Shown here piece after piece: positions 1 to 9,054 of a DNA stretch of 64,000 bases. The DNA is from an uncultured Actinomycetes bacterium. Its GTDB lineage: Bacteria; Actinomycetota; UBA4738; HRBIN12. The DNA lies in assembly GCA_963762075.1 (NCBI GenBank), contig CAVXJC010000006.1, positions 503,943 through 567,942 on the forward strand, in the 5' to 3' direction. The notes beneath the pieces are model-generated. The model was given only the letters and a program-made list of their open reading frames with translations. It searched no databases and was not told where the DNA came from. The position numbers and the translations under genes are program-made. Position 1 is the stretch's first letter. The number at the start of each line of letters is the position of its first letter.

Positions 1-738
1 GCCTTCCGACTCATGCACGACATCGGGTTCACCCCAGTACGGGGCGGGCGGCCCCTGGCCGAGATGCGGAAGATCGCCTCCGCCGGCATCGAGTACGGGT
101 GGCGCGTACCCGCGGTCAAGTGGCTGATGGTCGAATCCTTGTTCACTGGTGGGGTCGCCTTCTACGCGTTCTACGCGCTGCAGCCCTACTTGCTCGAGCT
201 CTACGGTGACCCTCAGGCCTACCAGATCGCGGGCCTGGTCGCGGCGATCGTGGCTGGCGCGCAGATCCTCGGCGGCATCGCTGCGCCGATGGTCAGGCGC
301 CTCTTCCATCGCCGTACCTCCGCGCTGATCGCAACGAGCGCCCTCGGGGTGCTGGCCCTCGCCTTGATCGGACTCCTCGAGAGCTTCTGGGCTGTGATCG
401 GTCTCGTCGCCGTCTGGGGATTGCTGTTCGCGGCTTCCACCCCGATCCGCCAGGCCTACATCAACGGGCTGATCCCGTCGCGGCAGCGGGCAACGATCCT
501 TTCGTTCGATGCGCTGATGGATTCGACCGGCGGGGTCTGGGTTCAGCCCGTGCTCGGCCGTGTCGCCGACGTATGGGGTTACGCGCCCTCGTACCTGATC
601 GGCGCAGCCATCTCGCTCGTGGGGGTGCCGTTCCTGTTCGCCTCCAGGAGTAAGGGGGCCCCTGCCGACACCATCGAGACCTCCGAGAGCGAGACCGAGA
701 CCGCCAACGCACATGAACCCGCGGGCGAACCCGTCTGA
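1..738 (+). CDS. MFS-type transporter, C-terminal portion; the 5' end lies outside the window
   Basis: Hydrophobic multi-TM sequence with MFS-like loops; the frame is open from base 1. Confidence 0.6.
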   Translation, partial: AFRLMHDIGFTPVRGGRPLAEMRKIASAGIEYGWRVPAVKWLMVESLFTGGVAFYAFYALQPYLLELYGDPQAYQIAGLVAAIVAGAQILGGIAAPMVRRLFHRRTSALIATSALGVLALALIGLLESFWAVIGLVAVWGLLFAASTPIRQAYINGLIPSRQRATILSFDALMDSTGGVWVQPVLGRVADVWGYAPSYLIGAAISLVGVPFLFASRSKGAPADTIETSESETETANAHEPAGEPV

Positions 739-887
739 GGAATCGATCCGGCGGTCTGTAGCGGCGACCGACCGACGACGCGGGTGTCGATCGACGCGTG
801 TCGACCTCCAGCGCCCGCCATCCTCGTGTGAAGCGCTCCCAGCATGACGCGATCACCGATCTCACAGTCGGCCCGCAAGCGCGAGGA

Positions 888-3800
888 TCATGCGCCGGGT
901 TCGGATACCTCGAGATCGGCGAAGTTCGCCGACGTCTTGCCGAACTCCCACCATCCGCGCACCCGAGGCTTGACGACCGCGAGGCTGCGCCCGTACACCA
1001 TCGGGATCACGACGACGCGATCGGCGACCGCCATCCGATCGGCATCGTGGAACAACGCCAGCCTTCCTCGGTCGCTCCGCTCCTGCCGTGCCCGCTCGAT
1101 CAACTCGTCGAACGGCGGATGGTCGAACCCTCCTTCGTTGGTCCGGCTCTGCGAATGGAACAACAGCCGCAGGAAGTACTCGGGATCGGCGTAGCCGGGC
1201 AGCCATCCGGTGAAGTAGACCGGCGCGTGCTCGCGCGGTGGTCGCATCGTCGCGGTCTCTTCCAGCGACCACGTGTGCCTCTCGATCGCAACGCCAAGGG
1301 CCGAGCGCCACGACTCGATCACCGGTTCCAGGATGGGGAGATCGTCGTCGAGGAACGCGACGGGGATCGGCCCCTCGACGCTCGATCGCGCGAGGCACGC
1401 GCGTGCCAACTCGGGATCGAAGCGCAGGGCGATGTCGGGTGTGTGCCCCTGCAACGCAGGGGGCACGATTCCGCCCGTGGCCACGACCATGTTCGCGGGC
1501 ATCGCAGCGGCGAGGACATCGCGATCGATCGCATGGGCGAGCGCCCGCCGAAGGTCGAGATCCGATCCGGTCTCGCTCGTGTGATCGAAGGCCAGGTATC
1601 CCGACCATGCCGCCGGGCCGATCGACGCATCGGGCACGTCGCGCGACATCAGATCGGCCAGGCGCGGGGTGTAGCGAGCTGCGATGACGTCGATCTCGTC
1701 TCGTTCGTAGCCCCCGAGCGCCTCTCCGATCCTGGCTCGTGTGTAGCCGACCGACGCGACGTTGCCCACACGACCCCCGTTGTCACCCGTCCGGCGCTCG
1801 AGGACGAGCCCGTCCGAGGACCGCCGAGCGACCCGGAACGCCCCCGAGACGACCTGCTTCCCCGGCTCGGTCCATCCATCGCCGAGAGCCTCGATCGCGT
1901 GCCGGGGCTGCGGTCCACCGTCCGGACGGTTCATCACGCTCATGAAGTACGGCGCCGGCGCTACGAGCCGGAACTCCACCGTCTGGTCGTCGAGGGCCCG
2001 CACACCGATCCGCCGGGGGTCGGCCTCCTCGCCCAGGTAATACTCCTGACCCCGTTCCAACACGAAATAGATCGCCACCGATGATCCCGGTGTCGTCGGA
2101 TCGAGCACGCGCTTCACGCCGAACTCGACATCGTGCGCCGTGAGCGGTGAGCCATCGGACCACGTGAGACCCTGGCGAAGCTTGAAGACGTAGCGCAAGC
2201 CGTCGTCGGAGATCTCCCATCGCTCGGCCAACGACGGCACGATCGTTCGCTCGGGCCACTGCTCGACCAGGCGATCGAACAACTGCATGCAGAGTTGGAT
2301 GTTCGGCCAGGCGATGGCCGAGCGCGGATCTGGGTCGTCCGGCAGGAAGCTCGTGGCGATGTTGAGCGAGGCCGACGGCGTTCGGGCCGGCGGCTCGGCC
2401 GGCGTCCAGCGCTCGAACGCTTGTTGATACGCCTCGTTCGCCTCGGCGAACCGCAGCGAGACATGGAGCGCGAGCGCCAACTTGAATTGGACGAGCGCGA
2501 TCTCTCGGTCTTCGCCTCGGCGATCGAGGAGCGGCAGGAGCTCCCGGTAGTACGCGATCGCCTCGTCGAGAGCGTATTCCTGTCGGGCGCGATCTCCTGC
2601 GATCGTCAGGTAGCGAACCGCCTTGTCACCGTCCTGCGCACCGAGCCAATGGTGTGCCAACAGTCCGGCGACCTCGTCTTCTCGGTCGGCGTGGTGCTGC
2701 TCCAGCCACTCCGCGGCCCTGCCGTGCAGTCGACGTCGATCCCCGGCGACCAGAGTCCGATACGCCGTTTCCTGGATCAGCGCGTGCGTGAAGCGGTACT
2801 CGGGTTCTGGCCATCGACGCCCCTCGCGCACCAGATCGACCCGCATGAGCTCTCCGAGCGCGGCGCGCACGTCACCGCTGGCCACCATCTCCTGCAGCAG
2901 CGACAGGCTGAACGTGCGACCCAATACCGATGCTGCGACGACGGCATCGTGAACCGATGGTTCGAGTCGGTCGAGACGCGCGAGGATCACCTTCTCGACC
3001 GTGGGTGGTACTTGCAGGTCGACCTCGTGATCGAATCGCCAACCCTCCTCGTCGTGAACGAGCGCACCGGCGTCCACCATCGAGCGAACCATCTCTTCCA
3101 GGAAGAAGGGATTGCCTTCGGCCGACTCCAAGATGCGCGGCTCCACGACCGGCGGAAGGGTTGCTCGGCCGACGAGCGCCGCAAGGAGCTCGCGTCCCGC
3201 GACGCCGGACAGAGCATCGAGGCTCACCTCCCGGAACCGATGCGGAAGCGTGCGAGCCACGTCTTCCTTCAACCGCCACGACGGATGATCGCGTTCGGGA
3301 CGAGCCGTGCAGAGCAGCAGCAACGCTTCGTCCTCAGTGTCGCCAACCAGGCGTTCGATCAGCTGCAGTGACGTGGCGTCCGCCCAATGGAGATCCTCGA
3401 GCAAGACGGCCAACGGGCCCTCGGCCGCCAATCCCTGCAGCGTCTGGCGCACCACCTCGAACGTTCGGTACTGCAGCGCCTCCGGCGAGAGCTCACCGAG
3501 CCGAGACGACTCGTCGGCTGTTGGCGCGAGTCCGAGCAGTGCCGAGAGGTACGGGACCATCTCTCCGGATCGAGCCGCGAACAAGCGGTCGATCTGCCGG
3601 CGAAGCGCCACGCGGACCAGCAGGTCGGGTTCGTCGCCTCGTGCCCCCAACCACGATCGCAGCAGGTCACGGAACGGCCAATATTGGAACGACCCTCCGT
3701 AGCTCACGCACCGACCCTCGAGCCAGAGCGACCTGCCGAACGCAGGCGTCGTCGCACCGAAGGCACGACGCAGCTCGTGCACCATGCGGGTCTTGCCGAT

Positions 3801-4598
3801 ACCAGGCTCGCCGGTAACGAACACGATGCCGCCTGTTCCTTCCGCGACCGCCTCGACGGCGTCCTTGGCCTTGGCGAGCTCTCGGTCTCTGCCGACCATG
3901 CGGGGGGATGATCTGGGGTCGGCCGAACCGTGCGGCCGAGCGCCGTCGCCCGTCACCGTGAACGCGGCCACCGGGTCGGCCTTGCCCTTGAGCTCGAACG
4001 TCTGCCCGTCGTCCCACGTGAACCGGTCCGCCACGATCCGTCTGGTCGCTTCGCCCACCAGCACGGAGCCCGGCTGAGCCTTGGACTGGAGCCTCGCGGC
4101 GACGTTCACGGCGTCCCCCATCGCGCTGAATTCGACCCGCTCACCGGCACCGATCGCTCCGGTCACCACCAGCCCGGTATTCACCCCGACGCGCACGTTC
4201 AGCGCGTCGACCGCCCAGGCCTCGGCCACCTCACGTGCGAAGCTCTCGATGTCGTCGACGATGCGCAGACCGGTGCGAACCGCACGCTCAGCGTCGTCTT
4301 CGTGAGCGATCGGCGCGCCGAAGAGCGCCAGCACCCCGTCGCCGGCCAGATCCTTCACGGTGCCGCCGAACGCATCGACGGCAGAGACCATGCGTGCGAC
4401 GGCATCGCCGACGACGAGCTTCAATTCCTCGGGATCGAGACGCTCACCCAGCGCGGTCGACCCCACCAGGTCGGCGAAGAGCGCCGTCACCACCCGTCGT
4501 TCGTCGCGCACCTCCACCGGGTCATCCTGCCCGTCGCAGCCACGAGCGGCAATGCGGACGCGAGGAGTGGCTCTCGATCCGCGCGATCCCGGCATCAC
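888..4598 (-). CDS. Multidomain signalling protein: class III adenylate/guanylate cyclase + AAA ATPase (P-loop GEPGIGKT) + helical/TPR-like region + C-terminal family-5 solute-binding-protein (DppA/OppA-like) domain
   Basis: Cyclase motifs VVTALFADLVGST and GDGVLALFGAP; Walker A GEPGIGKTRMV; the C-terminal ~500 aa resemble SBP_bac_5. Start taken at MPGSRG (4598) to avoid overlap with the downstream TetR; the full ORF runs to 4709. Confidence 0.8.
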   Translation of the reverse strand: MMPGSRGSRATPRVRIAARGCDGQDDPVEVRDERRVVTALFADLVGSTALGERLDPEELKLVVGDAVARMVSAVDAFGGTVKDLAGDGVLALFGAPIAHEDDAERAVRTGLRIVDDIESFAREVAEAWAVDALNVRVGVNTGLVVTGAIGAGERVEFSAMGDAVNVAARLQSKAQPGSVLVGEATRRIVADRFTWDDGQTFELKGKADPVAAFTVTGDGARPHGSADPRSSPRMVGRDRELAKAKDAVEAVAEGTGGIVFVTGEPGIGKTRMVHELRRAFGATTPAFGRSLWLEGRCVSYGGSFQYWPFRDLLRSWLGARGDEPDLLVRVALRRQIDRLFAARSGEMVPYLSALLGLAPTADESSRLGELSPEALQYRTFEVVRQTLQGLAAEGPLAVLLEDLHWADATSLQLIERLVGDTEDEALLLLCTARPERDHPSWRLKEDVARTLPHRFREVSLDALSGVAGRELLAALVGRATLPPVVEPRILESAEGNPFFLEEMVRSMVDAGALVHDEEGWRFDHEVDLQVPPTVEKVILARLDRLEPSVHDAVVAASVLGRTFSLSLLQEMVASGDVRAALGELMRVDLVREGRRWPEPEYRFTHALIQETAYRTLVAGDRRRLHGRAAEWLEQHHADREDEVAGLLAHHWLGAQDGDKAVRYLTIAGDRARQEYALDEAIAYYRELLPLLDRRGEDREIALVQFKLALALHVSLRFAEANEAYQQAFERWTPAEPPARTPSASLNIATSFLPDDPDPRSAIAWPNIQLCMQLFDRLVEQWPERTIVPSLAERWEISDDGLRYVFKLRQGLTWSDGSPLTAHDVEFGVKRVLDPTTPGSSVAIYFVLERGQEYYLGEEADPRRIGVRALDDQTVEFRLVAPAPYFMSVMNRPDGGPQPRHAIEALGDGWTEPGKQVVSGAFRVARRSSDGLVLERRTGDNGGRVGNVASVGYTRARIGEALGGYERDEIDVIAARYTPRLADLMSRDVPDASIGPAAWSGYLAFDHTSETGSDLDLRRALAHAIDRDVLAAAMPANMVVATGGIVPPALQGHTPDIALRFDPELARACLARSSVEGPIPVAFLDDDLPILEPVIESWRSALGVAIERHTWSLEETATMRPPREHAPVYFTGWLPGYADPEYFLRLLFHSQSRTNEGGFDHPPFDELIERARQERSDRGRLALFHDADRMAVADRVVVIPMVYGRSLAVVKPRVRGWWEFGKTSANFADLEVSEPGA

Positions 4599-4662
4599 GC
4601 GCGTGAAGCAGGCACAGCGCACTTGCAGCGAAACGGCCTCTTTCGATCGCCGCTCGCACCGC

Positions 4663-5271
4663 TCACTCGGCAGGACGCAGCGCCGCCCGAACGAACAGCA
4701 GCACCTCACGCTCGCGGCGACGGAGCGACGCCCGGCCGCTGTCCGCTCCGACCACGGCGCTCAACACGCTCGCTTCGGTGAGCGAGCCGACGACTGCCGT
4801 GTAGAGCGTGAACAGCAGCATGGCGGGGTCCTGCTTGCGGATCTCGCCGCTATCCATGCCGGCCTGCAAGAACTCGATCGCGCGGCGGCGGAGCGGATCG
4901 AGCACGCCGGCGAACCGGTCGAATGCGGCGGGCCCGAGTCGGGCGGCTTCGCGTACGAACATCGGGAACTCGGGCCATTCCGCCGCGAGCCCGAAGACCC
5001 CGTGGATCACGGCCTCGGCGCGATCCCAATAAGTCTCGGCGCCCTCGAGTGCGGCGGCGAGCTCCGAGCCGAGCCGTTCCCCTGCCGCCTGCAGGCACGC
5101 CTCGAGCAAGGCTTCCTTGTTCGGGAAGTAGTAGAGCAGCGTCTGCTTGCGCACTCCGACCGCGGTGGCGATGCTCTCGATGCTCGCGCCCTTGTATCCG
5201 TCGCGACCGAACTGGTGGATCGCCTCGGCGACGATCGTGGTGCGCCGTTGCTCGCCGCCCGTGCGAGGCAT
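4663..5271 (-). CDS. TetR family transcriptional regulator
   Basis: N-terminal HTH IVAEAIHQFGRDGYKGASIESIATAVGVRKQTLLYYFPNKEAL, typical of TetR. Confidence 0.85.
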   Translation of the reverse strand: MPRTGGEQRRTTIVAEAIHQFGRDGYKGASIESIATAVGVRKQTLLYYFPNKEALLEACLQAAGERLGSELAAALEGAETYWDRAEAVIHGVFGLAAEWPEFPMFVREAARLGPAAFDRFAGVLDPLRRRAIEFLQAGMDSGEIRKQDPAMLLFTLYTAVVGSLTEASVLSAVVGADSGRASLRRREREVLLFVRAALRPAE

Positions 5272-5274
5272 GCG

Positions 5275-6183
5275 CTAATCCCAGGTCTTCCTCGTACCAC
5301 GGCGCTCGATCGGACGCGAGCCTTCCCAGCGTTTGCGCCACTCGGGGCCGCTCGGCCCGTACGGGGGCGGGGTCTCACCACGCTCTGCGCGCTGCAACGA
5401 TTCCCACCATGTCGTGCGGTCCTCGTCGAGGAGCTCCGCCACCGCCTGGGTCATGCGAGCGGTGAACGCCTGATGAGTCTCGCCCTCGGCGGGGAACAGC
5501 GGCGCGCCGATCCGCACCCGCACCGGGGGACGGCCTGCCCGCGGCCACCAACTGCCCTTGGGCATCGCCTGGTACGCCCCGCGGATGCCCACCGGCACCG
5601 CGCCGACACCCGCCTCGATGCAGAGCCGCGCGGTGCCATGACGGAACCGCTTCGTGTGGCCGTCGGGCGATCGGGTGCCCTCCGGGAACACCACGAGGCT
5701 CCAACCATCGTCGAGGAGCTCGCGAGCCTTCGTGACCGCGTGCCGCCCACCGCGCGACCGGTCGATCGGGAACGCTCCGTAGGCGAGCGCAGTGAACGAT
5801 GCTCGCCACCACACGTCGAAGAAATAGTCCCGTGCGGCGCCCACAGCCGTCTTCTCCTGCCATCGTTCGGGCAGGGCCGTCAGGATGATCGTCGCGTCGA
5901 GGTGGCTCGAGTGGTTCGAGTAGAAGATCACACCGCCCTCGATCGCCGTGAGGTGCTCGAGGCCGTAGACGCGCAACGCGACCTGGCTGCGCAGCAGCGG
6001 GCCGAGGCCGGCGTTCAAGATGACGAGCCGCGCTGCTGTGCCCGCACCCGAACGGGCCCAGTCGGTCGGGAACACCGCGTCCTCGCGAGGCGGCGTGTGC
6101 GGCTCGGCGCTACGGGGCACCATGGGGCGGCGACCCCATCGGAACCCCTCCGACATCGTCTTCAGCTCGTCGCGCACGCCCAT
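5275..6183 (-). CDS. 1-acyl-sn-glycerol-3-phosphate (lysophospholipid) acyltransferase, PlsC family
   Basis: HX4D motif NHSSHLD and FPEGTRS motif; start may be the internal M at 6156. Confidence 0.8.
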   Translation of the reverse strand: MGVRDELKTMSEGFRWGRRPMVPRSAEPHTPPREDAVFPTDWARSGAGTAARLVILNAGLGPLLRSQVALRVYGLEHLTAIEGGVIFYSNHSSHLDATIILTALPERWQEKTAVGAARDYFFDVWWRASFTALAYGAFPIDRSRGGRHAVTKARELLDDGWSLVVFPEGTRSPDGHTKRFRHGTARLCIEAGVGAVPVGIRGAYQAMPKGSWWPRAGRPPVRVRIGAPLFPAEGETHQAFTARMTQAVAELLDEDRTTWWESLQRAERGETPPPYGPSGPEWRKRWEGSRPIERRGTRKTWD

Positions 6184-6196
6184 CGCTCAGGTCTCC

Positions 6197-7786
6197 TCAG
6201 TGCACGTCGGCGATCATCACGGGCGGCGCGTGGAAGTAGGTGATCTCGGGCGAAGAGCCGACCGTGTCCTTGGCCATCTCGAGCGCGTCTCGCATCGAGT
6301 CGGCGCGCCGGTAGCCGAGTCGCGCCACGCTCGACGGGTTCCCACCGACGAAGATCACATCGCCCGCGTGATCGCGTCCGTGTGCGCCCCAGTACCACAT
6401 GTAGAACGGATGCACGCCGTGGTACGCGTGGCTCGTGCGGTACAGGTGCACGTACCAGGGGTCGGTGGCGTAGCGTTCCTCGAACTCCTTCTCGATCGTC
6501 TTCGGATCGGTGCTCTCGGCCAGCACTTCCTCGAAGAAGTCGATGTAGCTCGGGTGATGGATCGAGTGGAACTCCCACGGCACCGGGTGATGCAGGATGA
6601 TCACGCCACTCTGCTTCACGAGCGGCTTGTTGCGATACATGTTGAACAGGTACCCGAGCCCGAGGCAGTGCACGAGGATCGGGTTCAGGATGGAGTTCAC
6701 GTTGTACGGCCCGAGGTAGGGCACGCCCATGATCAGCACATCGGCCTGCCCCTGCACCTCCACGAGCTGCTGGCGATGCAGGTTCGTCAGGGTGCGTTGG
6801 TGCACCGCCTCGACCTCACCCGCATTCACGCCGGTCAGCTTGTAGGGAGCCTCGATACGCCGGAAGAACTCACGTCGTACTCGGGGCGGTGCCATGTCGT
6901 TGGCCTTCTTCGCCGCGATCATCAGTGCCTGATCGCTCGCCCCCCACTCCCATTCCCGCTTGTTCAGGAAGCCGAGATTCGACGGGAACGTCTCCGAGTT
7001 GACGGTCGTCTCGATCTGGAAGATCTTGACGCCCGCATCACGCAGTACCCTGCCCATGCGATTCACCGAATCGTTGATCGCGCTGTGGCCTTCTCGCGGA
7101 TCCATATACGACTTCGAGTGCATCATCGTGTTCACGTTGTGGTGGTGCTTGAGGCTCCGGTATCCCGCGAGCCCGACCGCGACCGACTTGTGACCGCCGT
7201 CCATCGCGACCAGGTTGATGTTCACGTAGACGATCAGATCACTCTCGGCGGCGCGCTTGGAGATCTCGACCAGCTCGTCGTCGTCGGTCCTACCGATCTC
7301 GACCAGGCCCTGCGGATCTTCGGCGTCGAAGTTCTTCAGGTGTTCCGGGTAGAACGAGCGGTACACGCGCTCGCCGACCGCTCGCCGGATCTCCTCGGAG
7401 GTCATGCGCCGGTGGAGCGCGGTCGCGACGATCAGCTCGAGGTCGTCGACACCGGCGCGGGCGGCGAGTTCGATCACGTGCTCGAGGATCGGTTGGCGCA
7501 CGTCGGGCGTGCGCATCGGCGGCAGCGGGATCGAGATGTCGTCGATCGCGATCGTGAGCTTCATGCCACCGAACATCAGCTCAGGAAGCGGCTTGGAGTC
7601 GCCGACGGGGTTCAACAGCGCGTGACGGACCGCGGCCGGTACGTCGCGGATACCGGGGAGCGGGTCGGGCGGATACACGACGCGGGTGCCGAGGGGGAAC
7701 TTCTGCATGCGGTAGCCCTCGCCCTGATGCACGAGCAGCGGAGGCGTTCGCTCGTCAACCTGCAACACGAATCCCGGTCTGGGCAT
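6197..7786 (-). CDS. LarA-like (DUF2088 / lactate-racemase-domain) protein, extended (529 aa)
   Basis: N-terminal fold similar to LarA; a candidate Lys/His cluster SLKHHHNVNTMMHSKSY; no larB, larC or larE nearby. Confidence 0.55.
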   Translation of the reverse strand: MPRPGFVLQVDERTPPLLVHQGEGYRMQKFPLGTRVVYPPDPLPGIRDVPAAVRHALLNPVGDSKPLPELMFGGMKLTIAIDDISIPLPPMRTPDVRQPILEHVIELAARAGVDDLELIVATALHRRMTSEEIRRAVGERVYRSFYPEHLKNFDAEDPQGLVEIGRTDDDELVEISKRAAESDLIVYVNINLVAMDGGHKSVAVGLAGYRSLKHHHNVNTMMHSKSYMDPREGHSAINDSVNRMGRVLRDAGVKIFQIETTVNSETFPSNLGFLNKREWEWGASDQALMIAAKKANDMAPPRVRREFFRRIEAPYKLTGVNAGEVEAVHQRTLTNLHRQQLVEVQGQADVLIMGVPYLGPYNVNSILNPILVHCLGLGYLFNMYRNKPLVKQSGVIILHHPVPWEFHSIHHPSYIDFFEEVLAESTDPKTIEKEFEERYATDPWYVHLYRTSHAYHGVHPFYMWYWGAHGRDHAGDVIFVGGNPSSVARLGYRRADSMRDALEMAKDTVGSSPEITYFHAPPVMIADVH

Positions 7787-7799
7787 CTGTCGTCGTCTC

Positions 7800-9038
7800 C
7801 TAGGTCACGGGTTGGTGAGTCGTCGAGTGTTCCTGCGGGGCGAAGGCGACCTTGAACGTGCCGAGGCGCCCGGCAGACATGGCGTGGTCGATCGCGTCAC
7901 GCCAACGGGCGAGCGGATACGTCGCGCCGACCATCGGGGCCAGCATCGGCCCGATCTGGTGCGCCAGCTCGAGCGCGAGCGCGAACGAGTGGCGCCTGCC
8001 GTCATCGGTCTGCTCCATGGCGGTGGTGTAGGCGCCGACGAGCTCGAGCTCACGGAACCACAGCGGCGTGAGGTCGGCGCCGCCCGACGGGATGCCGCTC
8101 ACCACCACTCGGCCTCCCGCCTTCGTGGTTCGAAGAGCCATGTCGAGCGCGCGCTTCGTTCCTGTGCACTCGAACACCACGTCGGCACCGCCGAGCAAGA
8201 AGTCCTGACCGCGCTCGGGGGAAAGCTTGACGGCATGCCCCGCGCGGCGAACGGCCTTCAACGCGTGTTCAGGGCGCACGACCTCGTCGGCACCGGCCAT
8301 CTTCGCCGCCGCGCGCTGCGCCGAGTGCTTGGCCGCCACGATCACGCGGCCCGGCTGCGCGAATCGTCGGAGCGCAACCTGGGTCAGCAACCCGACCGTG
8401 CCCGAGCCGATCACGAGCACGTCGGCGCCTTCGGGCACACGTGCACGGAAGACCGAGTGGATGGCCGTCGCGAGGGGCTCGATCAGCACCGCGGCGTGAT
8501 CGTCGATGCCGTCGGGCACCGCCCAGAGCTGCGAACGATGCGCGAGCAACATGCGGCTCCATCCGCCTCCCGTGCTCGAGCAGAACCCTGTCTGCAAACC
8601 CGCCTTCAGCGAGCCGACCGACACCCGGTCGCAGCGTCCGTACTCACCCACGGCGCAGTGCTCGCAGAGCTCGGCCTGTTCCCGCGCCGCACAGCCCAGC
8701 ACCGATGAGAGCGTCACTCGCTGGCCTGCTTTGTGATCGCCGCAGTCGTCGAGCAACTCCCCGACGACCTCGTGGCCCGGCACGAACGGCATCGACACGA
8801 GCGGGGAGAAGTAGAAGGAGGACTCTCCCGCGATCGTCGAGAGGTCGCTGCCGCAGATGCCCGCGAGCGTGGGCTTCAGCCGGGCCCAGCCGACGCGCGA
8901 TGGCTCGGGGTCGGCCTGAGTAACCAGTCGCAGTGGCGTCAACGGCCCGCCCGCCACGAGGCCGGGCACCTTCCTGCCCGCGACCCGGGCGCCCACGTAC
9001 CGCGGCATCGAGCGGAAGTACTCGAGCGCGAGCGCCAT
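7800..9038 (-). CDS. Zinc-dependent medium-chain alcohol dehydrogenase (threonine/sorbitol-DH-like)
   Basis: GICGSDL and PGHEVVGEL zinc-site motifs, Rossmann VIGSGTVG; start uncertain (possibly MPRYVG at 9005). Confidence 0.8.
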   Translation of the reverse strand: MALALEYFRSMPRYVGARVAGRKVPGLVAGGPLTPLRLVTQADPEPSRVGWARLKPTLAGICGSDLSTIAGESSFYFSPLVSMPFVPGHEVVGELLDDCGDHKAGQRVTLSSVLGCAAREQAELCEHCAVGEYGRCDRVSVGSLKAGLQTGFCSSTGGGWSRMLLAHRSQLWAVPDGIDDHAAVLIEPLATAIHSVFRARVPEGADVLVIGSGTVGLLTQVALRRFAQPGRVIVAAKHSAQRAAAKMAGADEVVRPEHALKAVRRAGHAVKLSPERGQDFLLGGADVVFECTGTKRALDMALRTTKAGGRVVVSGIPSGGADLTPLWFRELELVGAYTTAMEQTDDGRRHSFALALELAHQIGPMLAPMVGATYPLARWRDAIDHAMSAGRLGTFKVAFAPQEHSTTHQPVT

Positions 9039-9054
9039 CAGCCCGCCAGTCCGT

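Noticed and set aside
798-4781. Multiple long plus-strand ORFs (798-2084, 2295-3371, 3387-3911, 3930-4781 and others) overlapping the cyclase gene
   Set aside because: They are antisense to a strongly supported 1237-aa gene, Arg/Pro/Ala-rich with low complexity, and typical of ORFs arising by chance at ~70% GC.
4360-7855. Plus-strand ORFs 4360-6243 (627 aa) and 6020-7855 (611 aa)
   Set aside because: They are antisense to the TetR, PlsC and LarA-like genes, have no motifs, and have an R/G/A/P-dominated composition.
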